Shown here: positions 42,026 to 57,135 of the stretch, piece after piece
How the letters are laid out: each line of letters starts with the position of its first letter
Numbering within the stretch: position 1 is the stretch's first letter
Source of the DNA: Eledone cirrhosa
Taxonomy: Eukaryota
Reading direction: 5' to 3'
Length of the DNA: 64,000 nt
Assembly: GCA_964016885.1 (NCBI GenBank)
Contig: OZ024747.1
Span: 53,940,001 to 54,004,000, forward strand
Program-made: the position numbers and the translations under genes
Notes under the pieces: model-generated
Told to the model about the DNA's origin: nothing
Databases searched by the model: none
The model's input: the letters and a program-made list of their open reading frames with translations, nothing else

Positions 42026-42227
42026 TACATACACACACACACACATATATATATAATATATATAATATTCAGCTGGACGGCAATTTTCCTTTTCTAAAGA
42101 ATTATAATGTTATTTATTATGTCCTGTTTCTTTTTTATCTCTGTGTATGTTTATAAATGTGTGTGTGTATATACATATATATATACATATATATATATAT
42201 GTATACATATACATATATATATATATG

Positions 42228-42332
<105 letters not shown>

Positions 42333-42681
42333 GTATATGTTTGTGTGTTAAATCTCTAAGCGTCTTTTGTGTCTGCGTCTTTGTGTATGTTTGTGAGTGG
42401 GTTTAGCTTTGCTTTTGTGCGTATGATATTGAATGTGTCGTTGGGTGTTGTGCATGAGATTATTTGTTGAGTAAGATTATTGTCTCTGCGTGTGTTGGTA
42501 TTCGTGTGCGTATGTTTCTATGTATGTGTGTGTGGGTGTGGTTGAGTGTTAGCGGGGAGACATGTCATAATGTTACTAATAACACAGTAATATAGATGGA
42601 GTCATTCATCAACATATAACAGATCTGAAACTATATTTGTTATATTTTGGTGGCTGCAGCTGACTATACGTAGATTGATAA

Positions 42682-42782
<101 letters not shown>

Positions 42783-42809
42783 TATATATATATATATATA
42801 TGCATCAAT

Positions 42810-42990
42810 TTAATATAGAAATGACTTCTACAGAACTAAAAAATGTTTCATTCGAAAGAAATCATCAGGAAAACTTTCCTGGTAATTTCTTTTGAATGAA
42901 ATAGTTCTAGTACTGTTTTATGTTTACACTCTACTAATGTATTGAGTACCTTACTTACTGTGGTTACTCCCCATTGAACCCGGGATTCAT
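42810..42990. mobile_element. Fold-back PLE-type cassette with HHR at 42824-42873 (-) and a decayed + copy
   Basis: Minus strand: tttc-CTGATGA-tttctttcgaat-GAAA-ca..tg-TA-gaag; the tail ccttacttactgtggttac also occurs at 13745. Confidence 0.7.
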
Positions 42991-43113
42991 ATATATATAT
43001 AAATGTGTGAAATCCTTGGTACAGTTAGGTATATTTGATAAAAGGAAAATAATGTCTTCATTTGTAGTTCTAAACAATTTGATTTAATTTTAAAATATTA
43101 TAATTTTACAATT

Positions 43114-43258
43114 TAGTTTTACTGTCTACAATAATTTCAAATGTTGCCTGGTAAGTTACACAGAATGTAAACAGGGTTTGTATAAAGGCACGTACGTAAG
43201 CTATACACATACAGAGACACAGACACATACAGTGACACAGCAGACGAATACGAATATA
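43114..43258. repeat. Dispersed 140-bp repeat (second copy 61197-61330)
   Basis: ttttactgtctacaataatttcaaatgttgcc...aggcacgtacgtaagctatacacatacaga. Confidence 0.8.
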
Positions 43259-43280
43259 TATATATGTATGTATATATAGG

Positions 43281-43470
43281 AATTGTTTCTACTTTTGGCA
43301 CAAGGCCAGCAATTACCCAGTACATTACTGGTACTCTATTTTATCGACCCTGTAAGGATGAAAGGCAAAGTTAACCTCGGCGGGATTTGAACTCATATCA
43401 TAAGGGGCCGTAACTCTATGCTGCAAAGCATGGCGTCCGACCCTCTACTGATACTGCCAATCCACCGCCC
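43281..43470 (-). mobile_element. Family-A SINE
   Basis: Full reverse-complement match to 31375-31562. Confidence 0.9.
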
Positions 43471-43723
43471 TTGTATGTATATATATAATGAGAGGATGTA
43501 TGCACCGTAAAAGAGGAGGAAGAGGAGAGAGAGAAGTGCGATATAGTATACTAAATGCTGAGAACCGAAGCGAGGTGGGCTCGATGCTTGGGTTAGCATT
43601 GTTAAGTATTAAAGAGGGGTTAAATTTTAATGAAGGATTCAAGTAGAGCAAGTATAAGTAAGCAAAATGAATAAATGGAGGACTTGGAGGTCGTTTAGGA
43701 CAACATTTTACTTCTTACATAAT

Positions 43724-43900
43724 TGTTTCTACTTTAGGCACAAGGCCAGCAATTACCCAGTGCATTACTGGTACTTTATTTTATCGACCCCGTAAGGATG
43801 AAAGGCAAAGTCAACCTCGGCGGGATTTGAACTCAGATCGTAAAGGGACGTAACTATGCTGGCGTCCGACCCTCTACCGACACTGCCAATCCACCGCCCT
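43724..43900 (-). mobile_element. Family-A SINE with 19-bp TSD
   Basis: attttacttcttacataat at 43705-43723 and 43903-43921. Confidence 0.9.
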
Positions 43901-44144
43901 TTATTTTACTTCTTACATAATGATTCACCTACAGTACAGCGAGTAACTTATTTACGTACATGTAAGTCATTACCGCTATGGCATTGGATCTATAGAGGAG
44001 ATATAGTTTTTAAACAGATGCCAATCGATGGGCATCCAGGCGGATCAAGGGGAGACTGTTGTTTGAGACAGGTACCGCTGGAAGGCGTTTTTCAGGATTC
44101 TACCCTCAAGACCATCCCAAGAAGAAGAAAAAGAAGAAGAAGAA

Positions 44145-44250
<106 letters not shown>

Positions 44251-44274
44251 ATATATAAACATATATATATCTAT

Positions 44275-44720
44275 CTAAGGCGGGTAAAATTCCCGAGATC
44301 CATGGACGAGTTCTCTCCAGCGGTCTCTGTCCCTCATTATCGCTGCCATGTCCTGCGTCTCCAACAGACCAGTGTCTGTCCTTAGGGCATCAACATACGT
44401 TAACCTTGGTCTTCCTCTTCTAGTGTGTCCATGTAGGGGCTCCCAAAGCAGCACTGAGTGCAATGTCAACTCTGGATGTCGGTGAGCATGTCCAGCTAAC
44501 CTCAGTCTCCTATGTGTCACTTTTGAACTGACTTTTGGGATGCTCCCATACAGCTCTGAGTTTTTCATCCTCAGTGTATACTGATTAATGTTCAGAGCCA
44601 TCCTCAGCATTCTAGTGTAGCACCCATCCACCATCTGAGTGAGTTTCCTGGTCAGTGTCCAAGTCTCAGACCCATACAGCAGCACAGACTCCATTACAGC
44701 AATGAAGAGGCGGATTTTCA
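44275..44720 (-). pseudogene. 5'-truncated RTE-clade LINE (RT thumb and C-terminus), between (TA)n tracts
   Basis: [48 protein letters not shown]. Confidence 0.9.
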
Positions 44721-45318
44721 TATATATATATGGTCCATTTGAAATATTCTCCAAACAAGACCACAAGAAACAAACACCTTAAATAAATACCACCACCACC
44801 ACCACCACCAATAACAACAACAACAATGTCGATAAAATTTAACATCAACATAAACCTTAGGACAGTATGTATAACAGCAACATAAGGAGTCGGAAGAAGA
44901 AGAAGAAGAAGAAGAAGAAGAAGAAGAAGAAGAAGAAGAAGAAGAAGAAGAAGATATGAAAAATATATCGTATATAAAATTAAACACTCAACTATTCTGA
45001 TAATCTTCGGTAATACTTGGAAGTCTTGAAACACCGGTTTATACTTCTGGGATATTTATTTATTTATCTAGTCAATTTAAACGTCCGTATAGAGCTAGTA
45101 AATTATGAAAGATTAGGAGAAGTATCGAGTACTCCTTACAGTTGGTAAACAAAAAGACCTGGTGAGACAAGTAATAAAAAAAAAATTATAAAAAGGAAAA
45201 AAACAGAAAAAATATTCAATATTGAAGGCCAATTGGAGGCAGATTATGCATAAGAAAACGAAAAGGAAAATAAGGGACAAGGGATGCTGTAAAACATCTA
45301 GAAGTTTCTATAAATAAT

Positions 45319-45504
45319 TGTTTCTACATTTGGTAGAAGGCCAGCATTTATCCCAGTACATTACTGGTACTTTATTTTATCGACCCCGTAAGGATGAAAG
45401 GCAAAGTTAACCTCGGAGGGATTTGAACTCAGAAAATAAAGGGTCGTAACTCTATGCTACAAAGCACGGCGTCCGACCCTCTAGCGATACTGCCAATCCA
45501 CCCA
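45319..45504 (-). mobile_element. Family-A SINE with ctataaataat TSD
   Basis: Core match; duplication at 45308 and 45505. Confidence 0.88.
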
Positions 45505-45944
45505 CTATAAATAATAATAGCTGAAAGTACTTCGAACTATTGAAGGACAAACTTGAAAAATATGCGAAACATGGATGCAAAATATTCATGCATGAGTGTG
45601 TTCCATAGTATAAACCAAAGTTTGCGCATGTCTACTTTTAAAAGTTTCAGGACACAACTCTAGTGTCGCCTGGAAATATCCATAACTTCCACCTCATTAA
45701 AAATGTGCGCCAATGCATGAATTGCAAGGTTATAGAGAAACAGCCATCCAGTAGGTTCTATTAAGCACGTATGAATTAAATAACGTCCACAGGAATATTG
45801 CTAGGAATATATGTCCCGTATCCTTCGTTGTAGTGTTCAAGTGGCCCTCCTGAACATACAACATATTAGTTTGCACTGAAATTGATGTATGAAAACATGG
45901 CTTGTATTTTGCATTTATAAAATATTATTTTCATTCTTGTTTAA

Positions 45945-46088
45945 AATTATACTTTTGAAAAGCATCAGAACTGTGAAACCGGTAAAGGAAATAAATAAAT
46001 ATTCTTAGAAAGACTCCAGTTGCATTTTCGATTTCTTTTCCTTATACTTTCATCTCGTTTTTTTTTTTCATTAAAAAAACCCTCATAA
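45945..46088 (+). mobile_element. Family-F PLE-type end with U3-A8 HHR at 45952-45987
   Basis: ctt-TTGAAAA-gca tcagaac tgt-GAAA-ccgg-TA-aag, then aataaa. Confidence 0.7.
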
Positions 46089-46123
46089 ATATATATGTAT
46101 ATATATATTTACATATGTGTGTG

Positions 46124-46179
<56 letters not shown>

Positions 46180-46180
46180 C

Positions 46181-48173
<1,993 letters not shown>

Positions 48174-48181
<8 letters not shown>

Positions 48182-49313
48182 GAAACACACAGATACATAC
48201 GGACACACACATATATACATGAATGCATCCGCACCCAACTGTGAGTTAAGGGTGCCAACTTCACCGATGTTGCTCAATGAATGACTGGGACAGACCAATT
48301 CAGTTTGAACCAGACTGAACCAGTATCAGAGTTAAAAATACATTATGAAGAGAGAAGAAACATTTAGATATAATTAGTAATAAAATGTATCATACCTAAA
48401 CTGTTCCTAAATTCCTCGACTACGTAGTTTCGTGGCATAAACAAAAACAATATATCAAAGATATAGAGTCCTTGCGAGGTCTGCCGACTTATCAAGAGGA
48501 TACCTCATTTTACTAGTCTCAAGAACGCGTCTACACGACGTGAGAAAGAATCCCAAAAGGCGGAGGGGGAGACAGTCACGCGATATAACGGTCGAGAAAC
48601 AGAGCTAAGCCTCTTATAACCACGAAGAAAATACCACGGAGGCGGAGGGGGTATTCATATCGAGGCCGTAGAAGAGGTAGTGAAGAAGGCGAGAAGTATG
48701 AGTAATGGAAGCTTTCCAGTTGTCCCCACACTTCAAAGATTGCTCGACCAGAGGGAGTTATTAATATATTTAGAAACACACAGATACATACGGACACACA
48801 CATATATACATGAATGCATCCGCACCCAACTGTGAGTTAAGGGTGCCAACTTCACCGATGTTGCTCAATGAATGACTGGGACAGACCAATTCAGTTTGAA
48901 CCAGACTGAACCAGTATCAGAGTTAAAAATACATTATGAAGAGAGAAGAAACATTTAGATATAATTAGTAATAAAATGTATCATACCTAAACTGTTCCTA
49001 AATTCCTCGACTACGTAGTTTCGTGGCATAAACAAAAACAATATATCAAAGATATAGAGTCCTTGCGAGGTCTGCCGACTTATCAAGAGGATACCTCATT
49101 TTACTAGTCTCAAGAACGCGTCTACACGACGTGAGAAAGAATCCCAAAAGGCGGAGGGGGAGACAGTCACGCGATATAACGGTCGAGAAACAGAGCTAAG
49201 CCTCTTATAACCACGAAGAAAATACCACGGAGGCGGAGGGGAATTTGGGAACAGTTTAGGTATGATACATTTTATTACTAATTATATCTAAATGTTTCTT
49301 CTCTCTTCATAAT
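48174..49313 (-). mobile_element. 591-bp partial tandem (1.8 units) plus a 72-bp inverted segment; HHRs at 48413-48500 and 49004-49091 (retrozyme or tandem pLTR-like, family E)
   Basis: Units offset by 591 bp and essentially identical. Minus strand: tcctc-TTGATAA-gtcggca..tgccac-GAAA-ctacgtag-TC-gagga. No meaningful ORF. Confidence 0.85.
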
Positions 49314-49331
49314 ATATATATATATATATAT

Positions 49332-49750
49332 ATGCAAAAGTTCTATTTAAAATTGTTGGGATACAACAAGTAAATATTTTTATAACTGATATAAAGCACT
49401 CGACAAGTATTTGGAGTAGATATATGATATTAATAAATGGAAACTATATTTATAAAACCATATTTATTTCATTATACATATTTCAGGGATACCAAATTAA
49501 ATTATGGTATGCCTTCATCAGACAAAATACAATATATAACAGTTTTACAAATAAGCTTTGACGTACCCTATCCGGATGGCTTCCAAAAATAATGGTTGCA
49601 TTTTAAAAGGGTACGTCAAAGCTTATTTGTAAACCTGTTATATATTGTATTTTGTCTGATGAAGGCATACCATAATTTAATTTGGTATCCCTGAAATATG
49701 TATAATGAAATAAATAAGGTTTTATAAATATAGTTTCCATTTATTAATAT
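49332..49750. mobile_element. Fold-back cassette (family H; arms 49427-49569 / 49608-49750) with HHRs at 49465-49529 (-) and 49648-49712 (+)
   Basis: tattttgt-CTGATGA-agg c atacca..tggtat c cct-GAAA-tatgta-TA-atgaaata. Confidence 0.88.
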
Positions 49751-49808
49751 TATATATATATATATATATATACGAAATCCATATTTAATAAAAACACCAT
49801 GTTATTTA

Positions 49809-49870
49809 TTCATTCTGACGCCTGAAGACAGATATAAATATCTGCCTTCAAGAAACCACTGGTAAATGAA
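49809..49870 (+). ncRNA. Hammerhead motif with A9C core variant
   Basis: ttcatt-CTGACGC-tgaag a cagata/tatctg c cttca-GAAA-ccactgg-TA-aatgaa. Confidence 0.6.
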
Positions 49871-49896
49871 ATAATTATCTTATGTTGTTTATTACA

Positions 49897-50003
<107 letters not shown>

Positions 50004-50032
50004 TTATTTATATAGATGTATATATATAGTTC

Positions 50033-50170
50033 GGCGGTGAATTGGCAGAGTCGTTAGGACGTTCCGGCTCTCTGCTCTCTGAGTTCAAATCCCACCGAGG
50101 TCAACTTTGCCGTTCATCCTTTCGAGGTCGATAAAAAAGGTACCAGCCTTGTACTGGGGTCGATTCTTCC
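50033..50170 (+). mobile_element. Family-A-related SINE (shorter subfamily)
   Basis: tggcagagtcg A box, gagttcaaatcc B box, shared core. Confidence 0.75.
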
Positions 50171-50309
50171 TCTCTCTGGAAAAAAATCTGCTGTAAACAG
50201 GCCCAGAGAGTGATGGTCACCGCCAGTCTTAAAATGCCCAAGAAACGCTGTATGTCAATAAGTCACCCCTACCACTCTATCAGGAGTTACGGGACCATAC
50301 TATTTATAT

Positions 50310-50422
50310 AGTTAATAAGGGAAACAAGACAATGCAAAAATACACAGTTATATTAGATCCATGCTTGGATGAAATAGAGGAGGGCTCGACATTTCGGACA
50401 TATATTCATGTATGTCTAAGCG

Positions 50423-50453
<31 letters not shown>

Positions 50454-50503
50454 GCTTATATATACATGAATATATGTCCGAAATGTCGAGCCCTCCTCTA
50501 TTT

Positions 50504-50505
<2 letters not shown>
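50310..50505. mobile_element. Fold-back cassette with 3' half-hammerhead (arms 50371-50427 / 50447-50504)
   Basis: ggacatatattcatg..catgaatatatgtcc-GAAA-tg-TC-gagccc. Confidence 0.65.
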
Positions 50506-50566
<61 letters not shown>

Positions 50567-50572
<6 letters not shown>

Positions 50573-50987
50573 AAGTTAAATAAAAAGTCAAATGTTTAAA
50601 ATTTAGCTTCGTTTATTACTGCTATATATATTTCAGTGACAGCCATCTTTGGCTGTGACCTCTTCAGGCAGTCCGAATTAGTGTGGTATAGACAAGTACA
50701 TATGTTAGGAACTGGGCATATCAGAGTATTGACAAAATTATACACCTCAACAACATATGTACTTGTTTATACCACACTAATTCGGACTGCCTGAAGAGGT
50801 CACAGCCAAAGATGGCTGTCACTGAAATATATATAGCAGTAATAAACGAAGCTAAATTTTAAACATTTGACTTTTATTTAACTTTATTTTACACTACTCC
50901 GGAGTAACCAAACCAACCTGCGCACTTCGTCGAGTGCTCCAGCCTGCATACTTAGGTGTTGGTATACAACCAACATATACTCAAAAT
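50567..50987 (+). mobile_element. Fold-back cassette (family G; arms 50567-50706 / 50752-50891 plus tail) with HHRs at 50618-50672 (-) and 50786-50840 (+)
   Basis: actgc-CTGAAGA-ggt c acagcca aaga tggctgt c act-GAAA-tatata-TA-gcagt-aataaa; arms nearly identical. Confidence 0.9.
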
Positions 50988-51008
50988 CTCTCTCTCTCTC
51001 TCTATATA

Positions 51009-51250
51009 TATATAGAATTTACAAGAATCAAAGCTATGTTCAAAGCATTTATTCACTTACAATTGTTTCATCCAAACCTAGACTTTGGATGAAACAATTG
51101 TAAGTGAATAAATGCTTTGAACATAGCTTTGATTCTTGTGAATTCTATATAACTGCTCTGTAGAACAACTGATGTTATTACATTGAGCTATTTATCTTAC
51201 TGGTAGTAAGGTAGTAATAAATTACTGACCTTCACTGTTTAGGGTTTAAC
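51009..51250 (+). mobile_element. Fold-back cassette with 3' half-hammerhead (arms 51009-51077 / 51084-51151)
   Basis: atccaaa..tttggat-GAAA-caattg-TA-agtgaataaa. Confidence 0.75.
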
Positions 51251-51774
51251 ATATATATAACTATAAAAAGTTTTAGTATATACATAACCATAAATAGTAT
51301 CCTTAATATTATATATATATAGAGAGAGAGAAAGAGAGAGAGCGGGAGAGAGAGAGCGAGTGAGAGAAATACACACGGAATGTCAAACCTAACATAATAA
51401 TAATACAGGGAAACTAAAAACCACAAAGATTTCATTGTAAAGAAATTGAATTTTAAGCCAAATTCTGTTTTGTTTATTTCATTTGTTATCATTAGTATTA
51501 TTCGTATAGTTTTTCAATATATTTGTTGCTTCGATGCTATATTACTACAGTACTAACATATTCCATGTATTACTTAAGAAAGTATTGAATGAATATTTTC
51601 TCTCGGAATAACCATTTATTTGATTAGCTTTGTTGCCATCAAAATAGTAAGGGGAAAATCTCTTAGGATAGTACAGAACTACATGAGAATAATATATTAT
51701 AATAACAGACGGTAGTCCACACATACACATACGCACACACATCCATGAACACCACAGTTATACGTTGGTGTATA

Positions 51775-51820
<46 letters not shown>

Positions 51821-51881
51821 TGAAGTTATACATTTTTCAAACGTTCTTCGTCTTCACCATCATCATCCCAATCGTTATAAT

Positions 51882-51974
<93 letters not shown>

Positions 51975-52133
51975 CGTCAATGCAATTCTTTTTCCTTTTC
52001 TTATTATCTATTTTTACATTTATATTTTCAGAAAAAATGTGTCCAACTTTGTTATATATAATCTCACACACAAACACACACACACACACATACATATATA
52101 CATTTATATATACCCCCCCCCCCACCACCACCG

Positions 52134-52190
<57 letters not shown>

Positions 52191-52733
52191 AATATATGTA
52201 TATACAATTTTTCTTACCTATTTTTTATTTATATTTTTTCACATATTTTTAAGATATTTTCTTTAATTACCTTAACAAGACTAAAATCCTTATTATGAAA
52301 ATGTGATTATCTCAAGAAACTTGTTAACATACAGAATAATCAAGGAGTAACTTTTGCATGGCCCCGCCAAGTCTCAAGAATTGCGAATTAGTTGGTAGTT
52401 ACCTGCTTTAAATTGGTGTCGTTTCTTTCTGACTTCCTTTCATTCTTTTTCCTTTTTTTTTTATTTAGATTTTTTTTTACAAATAAACAAGTAAAAAAAA
52501 AATATAATTGCAGATATTCTTTGAATAAAAAACAAACAAAAATAAAACAGGAAATAAAAACCCGAACAAAGAAAAAAAAAACAATACAAAATAAAACAAT
52601 AAAAACATGAGTAAATTATGAATAATAATGTAGATATAGATAAATAGATGACAAGAGACTAAATAGACTATGGAAATAGAAAGGTACGCACATACACTCA
52701 TATATATATACATACATACCTACACGCCTACAT

Positions 52734-52817
<84 letters not shown>

Positions 52818-52885
52818 ACGCACACATATATATAATCTAAATCCTACACAGAAAGACAAACATAAGTATGTATGTACATATATAT

Positions 52886-52916
<31 letters not shown>

Positions 52917-53117
52917 TATATATACATATACATATGTATATGTATGTATATATGTATGTTTATATATGTATGTATTTATGTATGTATGAGTGTGTGTATA
53001 CTTTTAATTTAGAAAGTTTGTTGAAAGTCCATAGCAATCTAGTTTTTCGTGTTCACTTGTATAATTTTGTATTTTAAGACGGTTTTCCTCTAAAGTGTGT
53101 TGGTTTTATTTTTACAG

Positions 53118-53139
53118 ATGAGCACCAGAAAAATGGAAG
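53118..53139 (+). other. Candidate 22-nt micro-exon
   Basis: ttttatttttacag|ATGAGCACCAGAAAAATGGAAG|gtaaaa. Confidence 0.2.
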
Positions 53140-53542
53140 GTAAAAAATAGACGCGACCGAAAAATAAAGCACAATTGTACACTCATTCCCATCTTCCCCA
53201 ATCAATACTTTTAGAATATAATCTTAGTAACTACTGCTTTCATCGTGAAAAACTAAAATATACACGAAAACTGTTAAATTCACTTTACATTCATCGTCAA
53301 TTGTTTTTTGTCAAAAATATATGATAAATTTAGATTGAAGTTCATACAATGCTCACTAACATCATCTCTATTATCATGATCATCATCACCATCATCATTA
53401 TCATGAACATTAGCTCCACCACTACACTACCATCACCAGCATTCATTCTGTTACTTTTCTTTCACTAGAGAAAACATTTCATATGATGTGTATGTATGTA
53501 TGCATGCATGTATGTATGTATGTATGTATGTATGTATGTATG

Positions 53543-53573
<31 letters not shown>

Positions 53574-53622
53574 GTATGTATGTATGTATGTATGTATGTA
53601 TGTATGTATGTATGTATGTATG

Positions 53623-54690
53623 TCAGGTCACCAGCTGGTGCTACTAGTAACATGTATCCCAGTACAACCTGTCTCATGGTCGGGTCGTTGGCGACTAAAC
53701 TGTCAACCCCACCAAGGTTTCTCGGTGAGGAGGGTGACTTTGGACATCCTGCAGGACTAAAAACAAAACCTGTCAAAGGGCAAAGGAGCTCTTAAGAGTC
53801 AATGGCCATCCAAAATCACCGGGAGAGATGACCCGTTAGCCTTTGTCAAGGCAGAATTCTAGAGAAGGAAAACTCTGATATAACACCTGCAACCCTGATG
53901 GTATCCAATGATGTTGACTTGTTATTCTTTTTGGTAAATATCATCTAGGTTAAGAGAGTGGGACTGGCTTTGTGCAGTGCCTTTGCTCACTATAAAAGCT
54001 TCACGGCACAGGCATTGCTTTGTATCTGGAGATATCTCTGCATTTGTCGTTACATGGTACCATGGGCCCAGCACTATGTGTCAATAATTGTCACAAGTGT
54101 AGTGTTTGTACCAGAGTTTTGAAGTCGCTGGCTGGACTAAAAAATCACACTCGTTCAGCGCATCAGTAGGGGTTCTCCTATATGGATATAATGTAGTGGC
54201 CGTACTCAAAAAAGAGTTGGCAGCCACCATGTATATATATATATGTGTATGAATGTATGTATGTATATATGTATATATCCGGGAGAGATGACCCCTTATC
54301 CTTTGTCAAGGCAGAATTCTAGGAGAAGGAAAACTCTGATATAGCACCTGCAACCCTGATGGTATCCAATGATGTTGATTTGTTCTTCTTTTTGGTAAAT
54401 ATCATCTTTGTTAAGAGAGTGGGACTGGCTTTGTGCAGTGCCTTTGCTCACTATAAAAACTTCACGGCATAGGCATTGCTTTATATCTGGAGATCTCTCT
54501 GCACTTGACGTCACGTGGTGCCATGGGCCCAACACTGTGTGCCGATTATTGTCACAGGTGTAGTGTTTGTACCAGAGTTTTCAAGTCGCTGGCTGGACTA
54601 AAAAGTCACACTTGTTTAGCGCATCGGTAGGGGTTCTCCTACATGGATATAAAGTAGTGGCCGTACTCGAAAATGAGTTGGCAGCCACCA
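53623..54690 (+). mobile_element. Two tandem family-C RTE-related repeats (53623-54229 long, 54280-54690 short) in (TATG)n
   Basis: High identity to each other and to 11966-12376; common 3' end gagttggcagccacca. Confidence 0.75.
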
Positions 54691-54848
54691 TATATATATG
54701 TATATATATATATGTATGCATGCATGCATGTACGTATGTATGTATGCATGCATGTATGTACATATGCATGTGTGTATGTATGTATGTATGCATGTATGTA
54801 CGCATGTATGCATGCCTGTATGTATGTATGTATATATGTGTGTATATA

Positions 54849-55365
54849 TGAGACCTGGGTCGCATATAGACCACCTTAAACAATTGGAACGTTTCTATCA
54901 GATGTGTATCAGACGGATCCATGGTATTCACTGGAGGTATCACATCAATGAAGTAGAGATTTTGGAAAGCTCTCCGTATGAAAGCAAAAATTCCGTTGGA
55001 GTTGTAACCTTGCCAGGATAGAGGATTGTAGGATACGAAAACAACTCTTTTATGGAAAGTTAGTTAAAGGGAAACGACCTCTACATAAACCAAAAAAGAG
55101 GTATAAGGATTCGTTGAAATCCCCCTTGAAAGAGGTTAACATCTCTACCGGTACATGGGAAAGCGTAGAAGCTGATCATAATAAATGGAGAAAGGCTGTA
55201 TATGAGGGGAAAGTTGTTGTTGAAGCATCTCGAATCGCATACAAGAAAGTAAACAGGGATGTCAGGAAAAGCATTGCTGTTGCATTTCCATACATCAAAT
55301 GACCTCCTGTGGCGCTGACATGCAACGTCTGTGCAAGACTCGAAAGTCATGTTCGCAGTCATAAA
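54849..55365 (+). pseudogene. RTE-clade LINE RT C-terminal remnant
   Basis: ETW..HLKQLERFYQMCIRRIHGIHW..KQLFYGKL..GKR..KRYKDSLK..WRKAV. Confidence 0.85.
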
Positions 55366-55549
55366 GTGAGACTATGTACACGTACATACACATACTTATA
55401 TTTAAGTAACAGCTGTACTAAGAGTGGGACATGAAATTTCGTTTCATTTTTTCCGTTCATACATATATATATATACATACATATATATATATATATACAT
55501 ACATATATACATATATATCTATTCATATATATATATATATACATACATA

Positions 55550-55942
55550 CGAGGGCAATCCCAAAAGTAAGGTCTCCAAAGCGATGGGGTCGCAGAGAAA
55601 CTGTTCGAACGGCTGTTAGCAACACTGTTGTGATTAGTGCTTTCTTCAATCCCAAACAAGCATGCGCGTGCTTCGATGGGATGCTCAATCTTGGCTTGGC
55701 ATTTGTTGAGAATGGAGCTCTCGTTCAACGCTACCGCCAAGTGCGAATTTAGCGCAGTTATTATCTAGAGGGCAATCCCAAAAGTAAGGTCTCCTTCCGA
55801 AGAAAACATGCGTAAAGATCTGCGGATCACTCTGGATGCTCTCCTCATTTTGGGTTCCTGAGGTTTCCCGAAGCACCATCCACAGGATTTTAACGGAAAA
55901 GTTGCAATATCGGAAGGAGACCTTACTTTTGGGATTGCAGTC

Positions 55943-55943
<1 letters not shown>
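55550..55943 (+). mobile_element. Internally deleted mariner with 28-bp TIRs, TA flanks and a third internal TIR
   Basis: cgagggcaatcccaaaagtaaggtctcc at 55550 and (without the first c) at 55768; inverse at 55916-55943; remnants AKCEFSAVI and [18 protein letters not shown]. Confidence 0.85.
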
Positions 55944-56032
<89 letters not shown>

Positions 56033-56118
56033 GTAGAAAAAATTTACGAAATGGAAATGCGGGTATATAGAATTTATATATATGTATATATATGTATATA
56101 TATATATGTATATATATG

Positions 56119-56173
<55 letters not shown>

Positions 56174-56198
56174 GTATATATATATATGTATATATATG

Positions 56199-56253
<55 letters not shown>

Positions 56254-56272
56254 GTATATATATATATGTATA

Positions 56273-56425
<153 letters not shown>

Positions 56426-56450
56426 GTATATATATATATGTATATATATG

Positions 56451-56480
<30 letters not shown>

Positions 56481-56482
<2 letters not shown>

Positions 56483-56672
56483 GGAACCAGTAAGACCCCG
56501 ACAGCTGAGCTCAAGCCGTTTCGACGGCTAATTCTGGCAGAATTAGCCGTCGAAACGGCTTGAGCTCAGCTGTCGGGGTCTTACTGGTTCCTATTACCCA
56601 CTCTACTACCTCAAGTATTGAGTACTTTGGTGCGTTATGGTCCACCTGGTTCCTTACCACATTTCCTTCGTT
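56481..56672 (+). mobile_element. Family-D fold-back cassette (arms 56481-56536 / 56538-56593) within long (TA)n
   Basis: Perfect 56-bp arms; same tail as 21369-21447. Confidence 0.85.
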
Positions 56673-56675
56673 ATG

Positions 56676-56927
<252 letters not shown>

Positions 56928-56958
56928 CATATATATACATATATATAATTATATATAT

Positions 56959-57004
<46 letters not shown>

Positions 57005-57104
57005 GTATATATATGTATATGTGTATGTATGTATGTAAAAAGTAAACAGAAATAACAACACGAGCGGTACAGTACATGAAAGGATATATTAGGTTAGCGC
57101 TGAA

Positions 57105-57134
<30 letters not shown>

Positions 57135-57135
<1 letters not shown>

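Noticed and set aside
44991-45045. CTGATAA..GAAA-caccgg motif
   Set aside because: Uncompensated core change and weak stem I.
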